A stretch of DNA of 58,313 nt, taken from positions 1 to 58,313 of the forward strand of contig JBBSAV010000005.1 of assembly GCA_038251965.1 (NCBI GenBank), given 5' to 3'. Under the pieces are notes generated by a model. The model saw nothing but the letters and a program-made list of their open reading frames with translations. It ran no database searches and was not told the DNA's origin. Numbering within the stretch: position 1 is the first letter of the stretch; the number at the start of each line of letters is the position of its first letter. A program made the position numbers and the translations under genes. Origin of the DNA: Candidatus Limnocylindrales bacterium. Its GTDB lineage: Bacteria > Chloroflexota > Limnocylindria > Limnocylindrales > CSP1-4. Below are positions 1-9,534 of this stretch, piece by piece.

Positions 1-285
1 GGCGAGGAGCGTGCGCAGCAGCCGGCCAAGGGGCGAGTCCCAGCGACCGACCAGGGCCTCCACGCCACCGCTGGACTGCTTGGCCAGCTCATCGGCGCCA
101 CCTTCGACATCCAGCGTGTCCTCGATGGCATCGGCCCGTTCGAGGCCGTCGTCGCGGGGCGACCAGGCGGAGGTGTTGGGGCCCATCGCGCGGTAGGGCA
201 TGGGAACACGACCGCCGTCGTCGGCCTCCGTCCGATCCTGCGGAGGGTTCGTGTGCTTGCCCTGCTCGGGGCCCTCATCGCTCAT
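1..285 (-). CDS. Hypothetical protein, N-terminal part (runs off left edge)
   Basis: Manually translated open frame MSDEGPEQGKHTNPPQDRTEADDGGRVPMPYRAMGPNTSAW... from ATG 285 to the window edge. Confidence 0.55.
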   Translation of the reverse strand, partial: MSDEGPEQGKHTNPPQDRTEADDGGRVPMPYRAMGPNTSAWSPRDDGLERADAIEDTLDVEGGADELAKQSSGGVEALVGRWDSPLGRLLRTLLA

Positions 286-351
286 GGCTTGCCCTGCTCG
301 GTGCCCTCATCGCTCATGGCTTGCCCTGCTCGGTACCTTCGTCCCTCATGG
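256..351. repeat. 3 x 32-bp tandem repeat containing the start codon of the upstream partial gene
   Basis: Units cttgccctgctcggNNccNtcNtcNctcatgg at 256, 288, 320. Confidence 0.9.
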
Positions 352-387
352 CTCACCCACCCCGGGCTTCCCTGGCCTCCTCGCGCG

Positions 388-1722
388 CTAGGAGCGCACG
401 CCCGCGTCAGCGATGTCAAGGGCGGCGTCGATGATGTCGAAGCCTTCAGCCATCTCCGCCTCGCTGATCGTCAGCGGCGGGTTGCAGTGGATGGTGTTGA
501 AACGCAGGAAGGTGAAGAGGCCGTTGTCCCGGAAGTACTTGCCGATCGCCTTCATCTCATCGGACGTGCCGCCGTAGGGCGCCATCGGCTCGTAGGTCTG
601 GCGGTCGCGCACCAGCTCAAGGATGCCGAAGAGGCCGATGTTCCGATGCGCGCCGATGCTGGGGTGCTTGCCCATGAGTCGTTCCATGTGGCCGCGCATG
701 ACGTCGCCCATCCGCCTGGCGCGCTCGATGAGCCCGTCCTGCTCGTAGACGTCGATCACGGCAAGGGCCGTAGCACAGCCCATGGGGTGGCTGTTGTAGG
801 TCAAGCCGCCGGAGAAGACCTTGTCAGCGAAGCCGTCGGCGATGTTCTGGCGCATGGCCACGGCACCCAGGGGCAGGTACGACGAGGTCATGCCTTTGGC
901 CATGGTGAGGACATCGGGCACGACGCCCCAATGATCCACGGCGAACCATTCACCGGTGCGGCCGAAGCCGCTCATGACCTCGTCGGCGATCATCATGATG
1001 CCGTGCTTGTCACAGATCTCACGCACGCCCTGCAGGTAGCCGTCCGGTGGGATGAGGATGCCGTTGGTACCCACCACCGGCTCAAGGATGAAGCCGGCGA
1101 TGTTCTGGCCGCCCTCGAACATGATCACTTCCTCGAGATCGGCGAGGGCTTGCTCGACCGGCTCGGGGTCGCGGCGTCCATAGCGGTGCGGATCGGGCGC
1201 CCGGTAGATGCCGGACACGCCAGTCTCGCTGGGCCAGCGACGCGGATCTCCAGTGGCGGTGATGACCTGCCCCGTACCGCCGTGGTATGACCGATAGCGG
1301 GCCAGGATCTTGTGCCGGCCGGTGAACTGGCGAGCCAGCTTGATGGCATTTTCGTTGGCTTCGGCACCACCGTTGGTGAAGAACATCACGTCAAGGTCGC
1401 CGGGCGTGAGCGAGGCCAGCTTCTGCCCCAGGCGGGCGCGCGGCTCATGTGCCAGGAAGGGGTTGGCATAGGCCAGCTTCTGAGCCTGCGCCGCGATGGC
1501 ATCGATGACGCGCTGGTCGCCGTGGCCGATGTTCACGGACATCAACTGGCTGTTCCAGTCGAGATAACGCTTGCCGTCGCTCGAGTAGAAGTAGCAGCCT
1601 TTGGCCGTCTCGACCGGGATAGGGTCGGCCGCATTCTGGGCTGTCCACTCGAACATGGTGTGCTTCTTCGAGAGCGCTACGATCTCATCGGCGCTCATGA
1701 CCCCCTCGGTCTGCTGAGCCAT
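388..1722 (-). CDS. Class III (omega-amino acid/taurine-pyruvate-like) PLP aminotransferase
   Basis: FTNGGAEANENA, SYHG, ILEPVVG, IADEVMSGFGRTG, AKG motifs; RBS-like GAAGGTGAGG before ATG 1722. Confidence 0.92.
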   Translation of the reverse strand: MAQQTEGVMSADEIVALSKKHTMFEWTAQNAADPIPVETAKGCYFYSSDGKRYLDWNSQLMSVNIGHGDQRVIDAIAAQAQKLAYANPFLAHEPRARLGQKLASLTPGDLDVMFFTNGGAEANENAIKLARQFTGRHKILARYRSYHGGTGQVITATGDPRRWPSETGVSGIYRAPDPHRYGRRDPEPVEQALADLEEVIMFEGGQNIAGFILEPVVGTNGILIPPDGYLQGVREICDKHGIMMIADEVMSGFGRTGEWFAVDHWGVVPDVLTMAKGMTSSYLPLGAVAMRQNIADGFADKVFSGGLTYNSHPMGCATALAVIDVYEQDGLIERARRMGDVMRGHMERLMGKHPSIGAHRNIGLFGILELVRDRQTYEPMAPYGGTSDEMKAIGKYFRDNGLFTFLRFNTIHCNPPLTISEAEMAEGFDIIDAALDIADAGVRS

Positions 1723-1936
1723 ATCCTCACCTTCTGTTGCGCGATCCATGGGTGCCCGGACGGATCCAAGTCCCAAGCTTGCCCCGGAGCCGCTGCGTCC
1801 GCCGGAGTGTGCCACGGATGGAGCCGGGGCAGGGGGTCATCGTCCCCATCAGACTTCCTGCGCGGTGCTATAAGCGTGAGGTGTAGCCGCACCACGCTGG
1901 CACGGCGCCCGAGGGGCATGCTGCTATCGTCCGGCG

Positions 1937-2638
1937 ATGGCTCACGATCCTGATCGCCGCATCCCCTACCGGCCGGCTCGACTGGCGCCCCAGGAGATGG
2001 AGTCCCGGTCGACCGCGTTCCTCGCCGAGTCGGATGGCCGCCGATCGGTGCGCTCGTTCAGCCCTGATCCGGTGCCGAGGCAACTCATCGAGCTTGCCAT
2101 CCAAACGGCATCGACAGCGCCGAGTGGCACGCATCAGCAGCCCTGGACCTTCGTGGCTGTGAGTGATCCAGGCACCAAGTGACACATCCGCCTGGCGGCT
2201 GAGGCGGAGGAGCGACGTGCCTATGAGAGCCGCATGTCGGAGGAGTGGCTGGATGCCTTGGCGCCGCTCGGAACCGACTGGCGCAAGCCCTACCTGGAGA
2301 CTGCGCCGTGGCTGGTGGTGCTGTTCGAGCAGATCCATGGCACCTTCCCCGACGGCAGCCATCGCAAGCACTACTACACACGCGAATCGGTGGGCATCGC
2401 GGCGGGCATGTTCATCGCCGCCATCCACCACATGGGCCTAGCCACACTGACCCATACTCCCAGCCCGATGGGGTTCCTGACCCAGGTCCTGGAGCGGCCC
2501 CGCAACGAGCGGCCGTTCGTGCTCTTCCCGGTCGGCTATCCGGCACCCGATGCCACGGTGCCCGACCTGCGGCGCAAGTCGCTCGGGGAGGTGGCCACCT
2601 TCGACCCGCCTCTGGGCGACCCCGACGAGGCAGAGTAA
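1937..2638 (+). pseudogene. Nitroreductase, iodotyrosine-deiodinase-like, interrupted by an in-frame TGA at 2180-2182
   Basis: ORFs 1937-2182 and 2234-2638 are in the same frame; RRSVRSF, APSGTHQQPW, EEW..L.PLGT.W.KPYLE, TLTHTPSPM motifs. Confidence 0.8.
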
Positions 2639-2709
2639 CGTCGGACCCCCGCTCCCTGGCGTCTTGCCCGGATCCAGACGTCGGGTCACGTCGGGTCGAG
2701 CCGCAAACT

Positions 2710-2880
2710 GATGCACTCAGTGACTCAACGAGCCAAGCAGGGCGGCATTCCGGGCTGTTCGATGCCACCGGCGACTCGGATGGCCAATTATAGGCGTGAT
2801 TTATGCACCACCAGACTCGATCAGCCGACGTTTCGCCCCTCTCGGTGGCCAGCGTGGCCACTTGAGTCGGTGGGGACATC
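2710..2880. repeat. Four-site element: ATG-N8-GACTC-N4-RGCC x4 (three direct, one inverted)
   Basis: Copies start at 2711, 2762, 2803 (+) and 2855-2879 (-). Confidence 0.7.
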
Positions 2881-2890
2881 ACCCTCGACG

Positions 2891-2957
2891 GTGGTGCCTC
2901 CACAGTGGTGCCTCCACAGTGGTGCCTCCACAGTGGTGCCTCCACAGTGGTGCCTCC
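2891..2957. repeat. 14-bp tandem repeat (gtggtgcctccaca) x4.8
   Basis: Perfect units at 2891, 2905, 2919, 2933 and a partial unit at 2947. Confidence 0.95.
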
Positions 2958-2982
2958 GCGGCGACACCTTGGCCGCGTCGGC

Positions 2983-3831
2983 CTACTCGTCGGAGGCCGT
3001 CGCTTCCTCGATCTCGCGACCGAGCTCCTCGGTGCGTCGGTAGGCGGCGAAGACGGCCTCTGACAATACCGTACGCAAGCCGCCCTTCTCCATCGCCGCG
3101 ATGGCGGCAGCAGAGGTGCCGGCCGGTGATGTGACCATGTTGCGAAGGTAGGCCGGGTGGTCTCCGCTGGCCTGCGCCAGCAGCGTCGCGCCGAGCAGCG
3201 TCTCGATCACCAGGTCGTGCGCGATGTGGCGCGGGAAGCCGAGGTGCACCGCAGCATCGATGAGCGCCTCCATGACCAGGAAGACATAGGCCGGCCCGGT
3301 GCCGCTGACGGCCGTGGACATGGAGACGTACTTCTCGTCCTCCACCTGGATCTCCTTGCCCAGGCTCCGCAGCAGCGCCGCTGCCTGCTCGCGCTGCCGC
3401 TCGGTCACCTGTGGCGTGGCGTACCAGACAGTCATGCCCTTGCCCAGTTGTGCGGGCGTGTTGGGCATGGCACGCACGATGGCCTCGTGTCGCAGCGAGT
3501 TCCGCAGCGCCTTGGTGGTGGGCCCGGCCAGGATGGAGATGACCAGCTGCTCGGGGCGCAGCACCGGCGCGATCTGGCGGCCGACCTCGACGAGCATCTG
3601 CGGCTTGATCGCCAGCACCACCACCTGAGCGGCTTCGACAGCCTCTGTGTTGGAAGCCGTGACGGCGATCGCCAGCTTGGCCTGGACCTCTTCACGGCGC
3701 TCGGCACGAGGGTCGCTGGCGATGACCTGGCCGGCCTCGAAGCCATCGACGGCCAGCAGGCCCGCGATCATCGATTCGGCCATGACACCCGTTCCCACGG
3801 TGGCGATGGTCGTTCCATTCAAGGCTGACAC
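2983..3831 (-). CDS. proC: Pyrroline-5-carboxylate reductase
   Basis: GTGVMA, LAIKPQ, RAMPNTPA, TAVSGTGPAY, VTSPAGTS; GTG start 7 nt after TATACT. Confidence 0.95.
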   Translation of the reverse strand: MSALNGTTIATVGTGVMAESMIAGLLAVDGFEAGQVIASDPRAERREEVQAKLAIAVTASNTEAVEAAQVVVLAIKPQMLVEVGRQIAPVLRPEQLVISILAGPTTKALRNSLRHEAIVRAMPNTPAQLGKGMTVWYATPQVTERQREQAAALLRSLGKEIQVEDEKYVSMSTAVSGTGPAYVFLVMEALIDAAVHLGFPRHIAHDLVIETLLGATLLAQASGDHPAYLRNMVTSPAGTSAAAIAAMEKGGLRTVLSEAVFAAYRRTEELGREIEEATASDE

Positions 3832-3889
3832 GCTCGCGAGTATAGGTGGCACGGGGGGCGATGCGGGCGTCACCTGGCCGGCGCGAGCG

Positions 3890-4816
3890 TCACCTGCCCG
3901 GTGCCAACGCCTCCAGCGTCGGTCGCTGCTCAGTGGCGCCATCCGCGGCGAGCGGGATGACCGCGACATGATCGGCACCGGCGGCGTGGTACTCGGCGAT
4001 GCGGGAGCGCACCGTCTGGGCATCGCCCCAGGCCACCAGCGCGTCCACGAGACGGTCGGAATACGGTGGCTCCCAGTCGTGGGCCTCGAAGCCCTGTTCG
4101 GTGAGGCTGTGCTGGTAGTTCTCAGCTCGACAGTAGGGCGTCATCCATGCTCGGCCGGCGGCACGCGCCAGCTCAGGGTCTGGCTCCACGACCGCCGCCA
4201 GGGCGGTCGCCAGCAGCGGCCGCGGCCGGGCGAGCGCCACGGCGTCATCGAGCACGCCACGCATCCAGGCGATCCGGTCGGCGCTGACGAAGAACGGCAG
4301 TGCCCCGTCGGTCTCGGAAGCCGCCAACTCCAGCATGCGGCGTCGGAGTGCGGCGATCAGCACGGGTGGCTCGGTCGACTTCCCGTCGATACCGGTGATG
4401 ACAGGCCCGCGATAGGGCAACCGCTGGTAGGCCGCGAGATACTCGCGCATCTGCGTGAGCGGCTTCTCATAGACGTGACCGCGCAGTTTCTGAACCAGGT
4501 GCACATGCGAGACGCCCAGTCCCAGGGCGAAGCGGCCGCCCGTGAGCTCATGCAACGTCATGGCCCCCATCTTCGCGGCCATCGGGTCGCGACCGAAGAT
4601 GTTGACGATGCTCGTTCCGAGGAGCATGGAGCCGGAGACCTCGGCCACCGCTGCCAGCTGCGCGAATGGATCGCGAGCGGTCCCGTCACCGACCCACAGC
4701 GCGCTGTAGCCGAGCGCTGCGGCGCGGGCCACGAACGGACGCAGCTGCGATGCCGGCAAGTCGGTGAGATGGCCCCAGATCCCGAGTGGGCCGAGGAGCG
4801 TTCGAGGGTCGTCCAT
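3890..4816 (-). CDS. LLM-class (luciferase-like, probably F420-dependent) oxidoreductase
   Basis: GYSALWV, GTSIVNI, GRFALGLGVSH, AGADHV motifs. Confidence 0.88.
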   Translation of the reverse strand: MDDPRTLLGPLGIWGHLTDLPASQLRPFVARAAALGYSALWVGDGTARDPFAQLAAVAEVSGSMLLGTSIVNIFGRDPMAAKMGAMTLHELTGGRFALGLGVSHVHLVQKLRGHVYEKPLTQMREYLAAYQRLPYRGPVITGIDGKSTEPPVLIAALRRRMLELAASETDGALPFFVSADRIAWMRGVLDDAVALARPRPLLATALAAVVEPDPELARAAGRAWMTPYCRAENYQHSLTEQGFEAHDWEPPYSDRLVDALVAWGDAQTVRSRIAEYHAAGADHVAVIPLAADGATEQRPTLEALAPGR

Positions 4817-4846
4817 GGCGATGAGTCTAGGCCTGGTCGGTACCCA

Positions 4847-5740
4847 TCAGGCCGCCGCGATCGCGTGTCCGTACACGAAGGCGTTGCGTGTCTCACCGAT
4901 CTCGACCGAGGCGAACCCGGAGGCAAGGACGGCGCCACGGAGCGACTCCGGATCTCGCGGCCAGAGCGGGCCGGTCGGGCCGCTGATCGGCGCGGCTGCC
5001 GGACCGGCCTGGGCCTCGACGAAGATGAATGTGCCACCGGGCTTCAGCCAGGAGCGTGCCCCCGCCAGCCGGGTACCAAGTGCATCGGCACCCTCGACGG
5101 CACCCAGCAAGTACGCCGCAAAGACGATGTCGACCGCCTTGTCCGCCGCGGCGAGTGGCGAACGCAGATGCAGGTGCGCCAACAGCCCGTGCGCAACCAG
5201 GCGCTTGCGAGCCGCCTCCAGCGATGCGCCGTCATCATCGTAGAGCCACGTTTCGCCTTTCTCGGCGAGCAAGCCGGCCCACCAACCCATGCCGGCACCA
5301 AGCTCGACGATGACGCCGCTCGATATGACCCCATCGAGCCACCGCGTGACCTGCTCCAGCTCCATCGACCAAGGGCCGTCGTGGATGGGGCCGCGCGAGA
5401 AACGGCCGCGGCGCAGATACCAGTCCTCCCAGCCGCCGGCCGAGGCCACCGCAGCCGAGGCCACCGCGGCTGGAGTGCCATCTCCCGCGGCAGTGCCATC
5501 TCCCGCGGCAGTGCCATCTCCCGCGGCAGTGCCATCTCCCGCCGGGACGATGGTCGCCTCCCGGGCTGCGGCCGCTCGCTCGCGCAAGGCCGTGCGCAAT
5601 CGCATCCGCAGGAAGCCGTTGTCATCGGCCCTACCCAGGCATTCGGGACACAGGAGTGCCCAACCCTCCAGGTCGTCGTCGCTGCGGACCTCCCAGGGCT
5701 GTCCACACCAAAGGCAGTCGAAGGCGCGTCGCGGGGCCAT
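4847..5740 (-). CDS. Class I SAM methyltransferase with N-terminal CxxC...CxxC zinc ribbon
   Basis: VELGAGMG motif I, LKPGG; N-terminal CLWC...CPEC; GDGTAA-repeat linker. Confidence 0.8.
   Translation of the reverse strand: MAPRRAFDCLWCGQPWEVRSDDDLEGWALLCPECLGRADDNGFLRMRLRTALRERAAAAREATIVPAGDGTAAGDGTAAGDGTAAGDGTPAAVASAAVASAGGWEDWYLRRGRFSRGPIHDGPWSMELEQVTRWLDGVISSGVIVELGAGMGWWAGLLAEKGETWLYDDDGASLEAARKRLVAHGLLAHLHLRSPLAAADKAVDIVFAAYLLGAVEGADALGTRLAGARSWLKPGGTFIFVEAQAGPAAAPISGPTGPLWPRDPESLRGAVLASGFASVEIGETRNAFVYGHAIAAA
5474..5542. repeat. 18-bp in-frame tandem repeat x3.8 (GDGTAA linker)
   Basis: agtgccatctcccgcggc units at 5474, 5492, 5510, 5528. Confidence 0.9.
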
Positions 5741-5748
5741 CGCGCGGG

Positions 5749-6645
5749 TCAGCCGGCCAGGCCGTCAGTGAGGCGCTTGCCGGCCACGCCCATCGGCGCC
5801 AGCGGCAGCCATGCCTCGACCGGACCGGCGCCGGCGAAGATCTCCGGCTCCAGCAGCTCGGCCAGCACGGCGACACCCTCGATCACACGCGGACCCGGGC
5901 GCGAGAACAGGCCGTGGCCATCGACGGCGAAGAACTCGCCCTCGCGCACCGCCTCCAGCTCATCGAACCACTGCGGCAACACAGCCGTCTCAAGCGCGCG
6001 GGCGGCCCCGGCCGCATCGGCATCGCGGAGCGCCAGGATGAGGACTTCCGGCTCCACCTCACGCAGTTGCGACCAGCTCGTGACCACCGATGGCTCGCGC
6101 TCGCGACCCAGCAGCTCCCAGTCGCCCGCCCGGCGGACCATCTCCGGCACCCAGCGGCCGGCACCCAGCAGGGGGTCCAGTCCCTCGAGCACGACGACGC
6201 GCCGCGTGTCAGGGCCAACGCTGCCGCGCTCCACGGCGGCAAGCCGCTCACGCAGGATTTCGACCAGGCCGACCGCCTCGTACTCCGCCTCGGTATAGGC
6301 GCCTACCGTGGAGATGCTGTTGAGGATGCCCTCGATCGTCTCGGGCGCCAGTGCCACCAGCGTCACGTCGCGCTCAAGGCCGCCGACGATGGCGCTGACC
6401 TCCGCGTAATCGACGAGGGGCGCGTCCTCCGACCCGTCGGTCAGCACCAGGTCCGGCTCCAGGGCCGCCAGCAGCGTCCCGTCGAGGTGTCGCTCCGGAG
6501 CAGCGGGGTCGTCGACCGTCACGACGGGCCGGTCGACGACGTCCTCGGGGTAGTCGCAGGCGTGACTACGACCGACCAGGTCTTCGCCGAGTCCGAGGGC
6601 ATAGACGATCTCGGTGGCCGAGGGGACGAGGGAGACGATACGCAT
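5749..6645 (-). CDS. BtuF-like cobalamin/iron-chelate binding family protein without signal peptide
   Basis: MRIVSLVPSATEI, GRSHACDYP, FSRPGPR motifs. Confidence 0.8.
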   Translation of the reverse strand: MRIVSLVPSATEIVYALGLGEDLVGRSHACDYPEDVVDRPVVTVDDPAAPERHLDGTLLAALEPDLVLTDGSEDAPLVDYAEVSAIVGGLERDVTLVALAPETIEGILNSISTVGAYTEAEYEAVGLVEILRERLAAVERGSVGPDTRRVVVLEGLDPLLGAGRWVPEMVRRAGDWELLGREREPSVVTSWSQLREVEPEVLILALRDADAAGAARALETAVLPQWFDELEAVREGEFFAVDGHGLFSRPGPRVIEGVAVLAELLEPEIFAGAGPVEAWLPLAPMGVAGKRLTDGLAG

Positions 6646-6742
6646 GGCGGCCCAATCGTCCCATGCTGCTGCCGACCTGTCCGGCGCCGACTGTGCGACA
6701 CCGACTGTGCGGCCGTGCCGGGCGATGCGGTAGCCTCTGGAA

Positions 6743-7669
6743 ATGGCATCGCCCGCGGTCGACGTCCGTCACGTCTGGATGCGCTACGGCGACACGGACG
6801 TCGTGGTCGACCTCTCATTCGACGTGCAGCCGGGAGAGGTCCTTGGCTTCCTGGGGCCCAACGGCTCGGGCAAGACCACCACGATGCGCATGATCCTTGA
6901 CATCGTGCGGCCGGCACGAGGTGAGATCGATGTCTTCGGCAACCCGCCCGGCGTCGAGCACCAGGCTCGCGTGGGCTACCTGCCAGAGGATCGCGGTCTG
7001 TATCGCGACGTGAAGCTCATCGACACACTCACCTATTTCGGCGCGCTGCGAGGGATGTCGGGATCGAACGCCCGTGCGCGAGCCATGGACTTGCTGGAAG
7101 AGATGGGGCTCGCTGACGCCGCCCAGAAGAAGGCGGCCGAGCTGTCCCGCGGCATGCACCAGAAGGCTCAGCTCATCGCCACCATCCTCAACGACCCCGA
7201 CTTGCTGATCATCGACGAGCCCTTCCAGGGCCTGGATCCGGTCAATGCGGACATGCTCAAGGGCGTCGTGCGAAAGCAGCGTGACCGGGGGGCGGCGGTG
7301 ATCATGAGCACCCATGACATGGGAGACGCGCAGACCCTCTGCGACCGCATCCTGCTCATCGACAAGGGCGTGCGACTGCTCTACGGGACCGTCGACCGGG
7401 TGCGTGAGGCGTTCAGCGATGGCGCTGTGCAGGTCAGCGGGCCGGACATCCCAGCTTCGGCCGAGGGATTGGCCAGTGTCACCGATGCCCGCGCCGTCGC
7501 GGACGGGATGCGTTACCTCATCGCTGAGGGCGCTTCACCGCAGGACCTCTTCCGCGAGCTGGCAGCCAGTGGCGCACACGTGGAGCAGTTCGCCGTGGAG
7601 GCACCGAGCCTCGATGAGATCTTCATCCGCACGGTGGCCGGCGACCCGCGCGCGGAGGCGGTGCGATGA
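6743..7669 (+). CDS. ABC exporter ATP-binding protein
   Basis: GPNGSGKTT, LSRGM, IIDEP. Confidence 0.92.
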   Translation: MASPAVDVRHVWMRYGDTDVVVDLSFDVQPGEVLGFLGPNGSGKTTTMRMILDIVRPARGEIDVFGNPPGVEHQARVGYLPEDRGLYRDVKLIDTLTYFGALRGMSGSNARARAMDLLEEMGLADAAQKKAAELSRGMHQKAQLIATILNDPDLLIIDEPFQGLDPVNADMLKGVVRKQRDRGAAVIMSTHDMGDAQTLCDRILLIDKGVRLLYGTVDRVREAFSDGAVQVSGPDIPASAEGLASVTDARAVADGMRYLIAEGASPQDLFRELAASGAHVEQFAVEAPSLDEIFIRTVAGDPRAEAVR

Positions 7670-8976
7670 GCACGCCGCGGCAGCTCGGGAGTGCACAGGG
7701 GCAGCTCGGGAGTGCGCCGCGCCAGCCGGGCAAGACCGGCCGCCTGCGGCTGACCAGCCTGGTGGCACGGCGCGAGTATCTCCGTACCGTTCGCCGGCCC
7801 GGCTTCATCTTCGGCACCCTGCTGCTGCCGTTCGGTATCGCCTTCCTCATGGGCATCTCGGTGTTCTTCTCGGCCGACGGCTTCAGCAGCGACGGGGCAG
7901 CCAGCGGCACCATCGTCGTGGTCAACGACTCGGACGTCGCCCTCACCGTCCCTGCCTCCGGCGCCGTCAACCTCACCACGCTATCCGAGCAGGAAGCCGC
8001 CGCGCGGCTCCGTGACGGCACCATCAGTGAGTACTACCAGATCCCCGCGGGTTTCGAAGGGGCCGGAGAGATCACTCGTGTCGAGGGCGGATCCGGACTC
8101 GCGATCTCTCGCCTGGAGGCACAGAGCGGCAACGAGGCGCTGATCCGCTACGTCATCCGTGATGCGCTGCTGCGAAAAGCCGGAGTCTCCCCCGACGACG
8201 CCGCGCGCATCCTGCAGGGCGTCACCATCAAGACCGTGTCCGAGGAGGGCGACGAGGTCTCGATGACCGATACGGCCGCCGGCTTCATGGTCCCGCTCAT
8301 CTTCGTGGCGATCTTCATGATCAGCATCTTCATGACCAGCGGCTACCTGCTGCAGTCGGTGACCGAGGAGAAGGAGAACCGCGTCGTGGAGATCGTGCTC
8401 AGCTCGGTGCCCGCCACGCCGCTGATGGCGGGCAAGATCCTTGGTCTGGGTGGCGCCGGTTTGACGCAGGTTGGGATCTGGGCGGCCACTGCCCTCGTGG
8501 CGGTGCCGCTCCTGTCGAGCCGGGTCCCAGACCTTGGCCCGATCGAGATCGACCCGGTCATGCTGGTGCTGGCGCTGACCTACTTCGTGCTGGGATACAT
8601 CGCCTTCGGCGCCATCTTCGCGGCCGTTGGCGCCATGGCACCGGGAAACCGCGAAGCGCAGCAGTACTCGGGCTTCCTTGGCTTCGCCGCTGCCGTGCCC
8701 TTCATCGTGTTCTCAGCCTTCCTGACCGACTTGAACTCCCCGCTGGTGTACGCCTTGTCGCTGTTCCCACTCACGGCGCCGACATCCATGCTGCTGGTGC
8801 TGGGCCTTTCGGATTCGATCCCCTGGCCGCTGGTGGGAGCTTCCCTGACCAGCCTCTCGCTGTTCGCACTCCTCGCCACCTGGGCGTCCGCACGCATCTT
8901 CCGGGCCACGGTGTTGCTCTACGGGGTGCGACCCACGCTCAGCCAGATCGTCGGCGCCATCCGCTCACCACGGTAG
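7666..8976 (+). CDS. ABC-2 type permease (NatB/YhaP-like)
   Basis: EEKENRVVEIVLSS, GKILG; multiple TM segments; ATGA overlap with the ATPase. Confidence 0.88.
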   Translation: MSTPRQLGSAQGQLGSAPRQPGKTGRLRLTSLVARREYLRTVRRPGFIFGTLLLPFGIAFLMGISVFFSADGFSSDGAASGTIVVVNDSDVALTVPASGAVNLTTLSEQEAAARLRDGTISEYYQIPAGFEGAGEITRVEGGSGLAISRLEAQSGNEALIRYVIRDALLRKAGVSPDDAARILQGVTIKTVSEEGDEVSMTDTAAGFMVPLIFVAIFMISIFMTSGYLLQSVTEEKENRVVEIVLSSVPATPLMAGKILGLGGAGLTQVGIWAATALVAVPLLSSRVPDLGPIEIDPVMLVLALTYFVLGYIAFGAIFAAVGAMAPGNREAQQYSGFLGFAAAVPFIVFSAFLTDLNSPLVYALSLFPLTAPTSMLLVLGLSDSIPWPLVGASLTSLSLFALLATWASARIFRATVLLYGVRPTLSQIVGAIRSPR

Positions 8977-8990
8977 CAGTGGCATGAGCA

Positions 8991-9016
8991 GGCCCCACGC
9001 TCTTCAACGTGGGGCC
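8991..9016. terminator. Hairpin between convergent genes
   Basis: ggccccacg ... cgtggggcc inverted repeat. Confidence 0.55.
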
Positions 9017-9077
9017 GGAATTCAGAAAGGCGGGTTCTCGGGATCGATCGTGGCCCCGAGGCCGGGGCCGAAGAGGG

Positions 9078-9365
9078 TCAGGCGGGCTTGAGCTCGTTGA
9101 CCATGGCGCGTGCGGCGTCCTTGTCCTTGAACCAGAGGGCATTGACCTCCGTGTAGCCAGCCTGGTCACTGGGCACCGAGTCCTCGGGAAAGATCGCCGC
9201 CGTGGGGCACTCGGGCTCACAAGCGCCACAGTCGATGCACTCGTCGGGATCGATGAACAGGGTCCGATCGACGCCCTCCTCGAAATGGATGCAGTCCACG
9301 GGGCAGACGGCCACGCAGGCCTGGTCCATCACGTCGACGCAGGGCTCTGCGATGACGTAGGTCAT
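9078..9365 (-). CDS. fdxA: 7Fe-type ferredoxin
   Basis: [33 protein letters not shown]. Confidence 0.93.
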   Translation of the reverse strand: MTYVIAEPCVDVMDQACVAVCPVDCIHFEEGVDRTLFIDPDECIDCGACEPECPTAAIFPEDSVPSDQAGYTEVNALWFKDKDAARAMVNELKPA

Positions 9366-9534
9366 TGACGCACTCCTTCGTTCTCTCGGTAGGTCAGTGT
9401 CTCACCGAGGCCCGAGCCCCGGTGTTCAGTCGCTTGTCAACTTCACCCATCTTACCCACGAGTGCCAAATGCCGTGGATGCATTCAGACCGTGCCGCGGG
9501 TGCGCTATGGACCAGAATCGGCCGACTCCGCGGC

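Noticed and set aside
2180-2182. Selenocysteine codon
   Set aside because: The context is a helix position not expected to be Cys, the hairpin loop is only about 11 nt from the UGA, and hairpins arise easily at this GC content
256-2957. CRISPR array in the 32-bp or 14-bp repeats
   Set aside because: Units are head-to-tail with no unique spacers; no cas genes in the window
3647-6298. 883-aa + strand ORF and similar long antisense ORFs (e.g. 24822-26303, 35664-37058, 56330-57763)
   Set aside because: Shadow frames of well-supported genes in high-GC DNA; no recognisable motifs
5749-6742. Cobalamin riboswitch upstream of the BtuF-like gene
   Set aside because: Intergenic region is under 100 bp and lacks a B12-box
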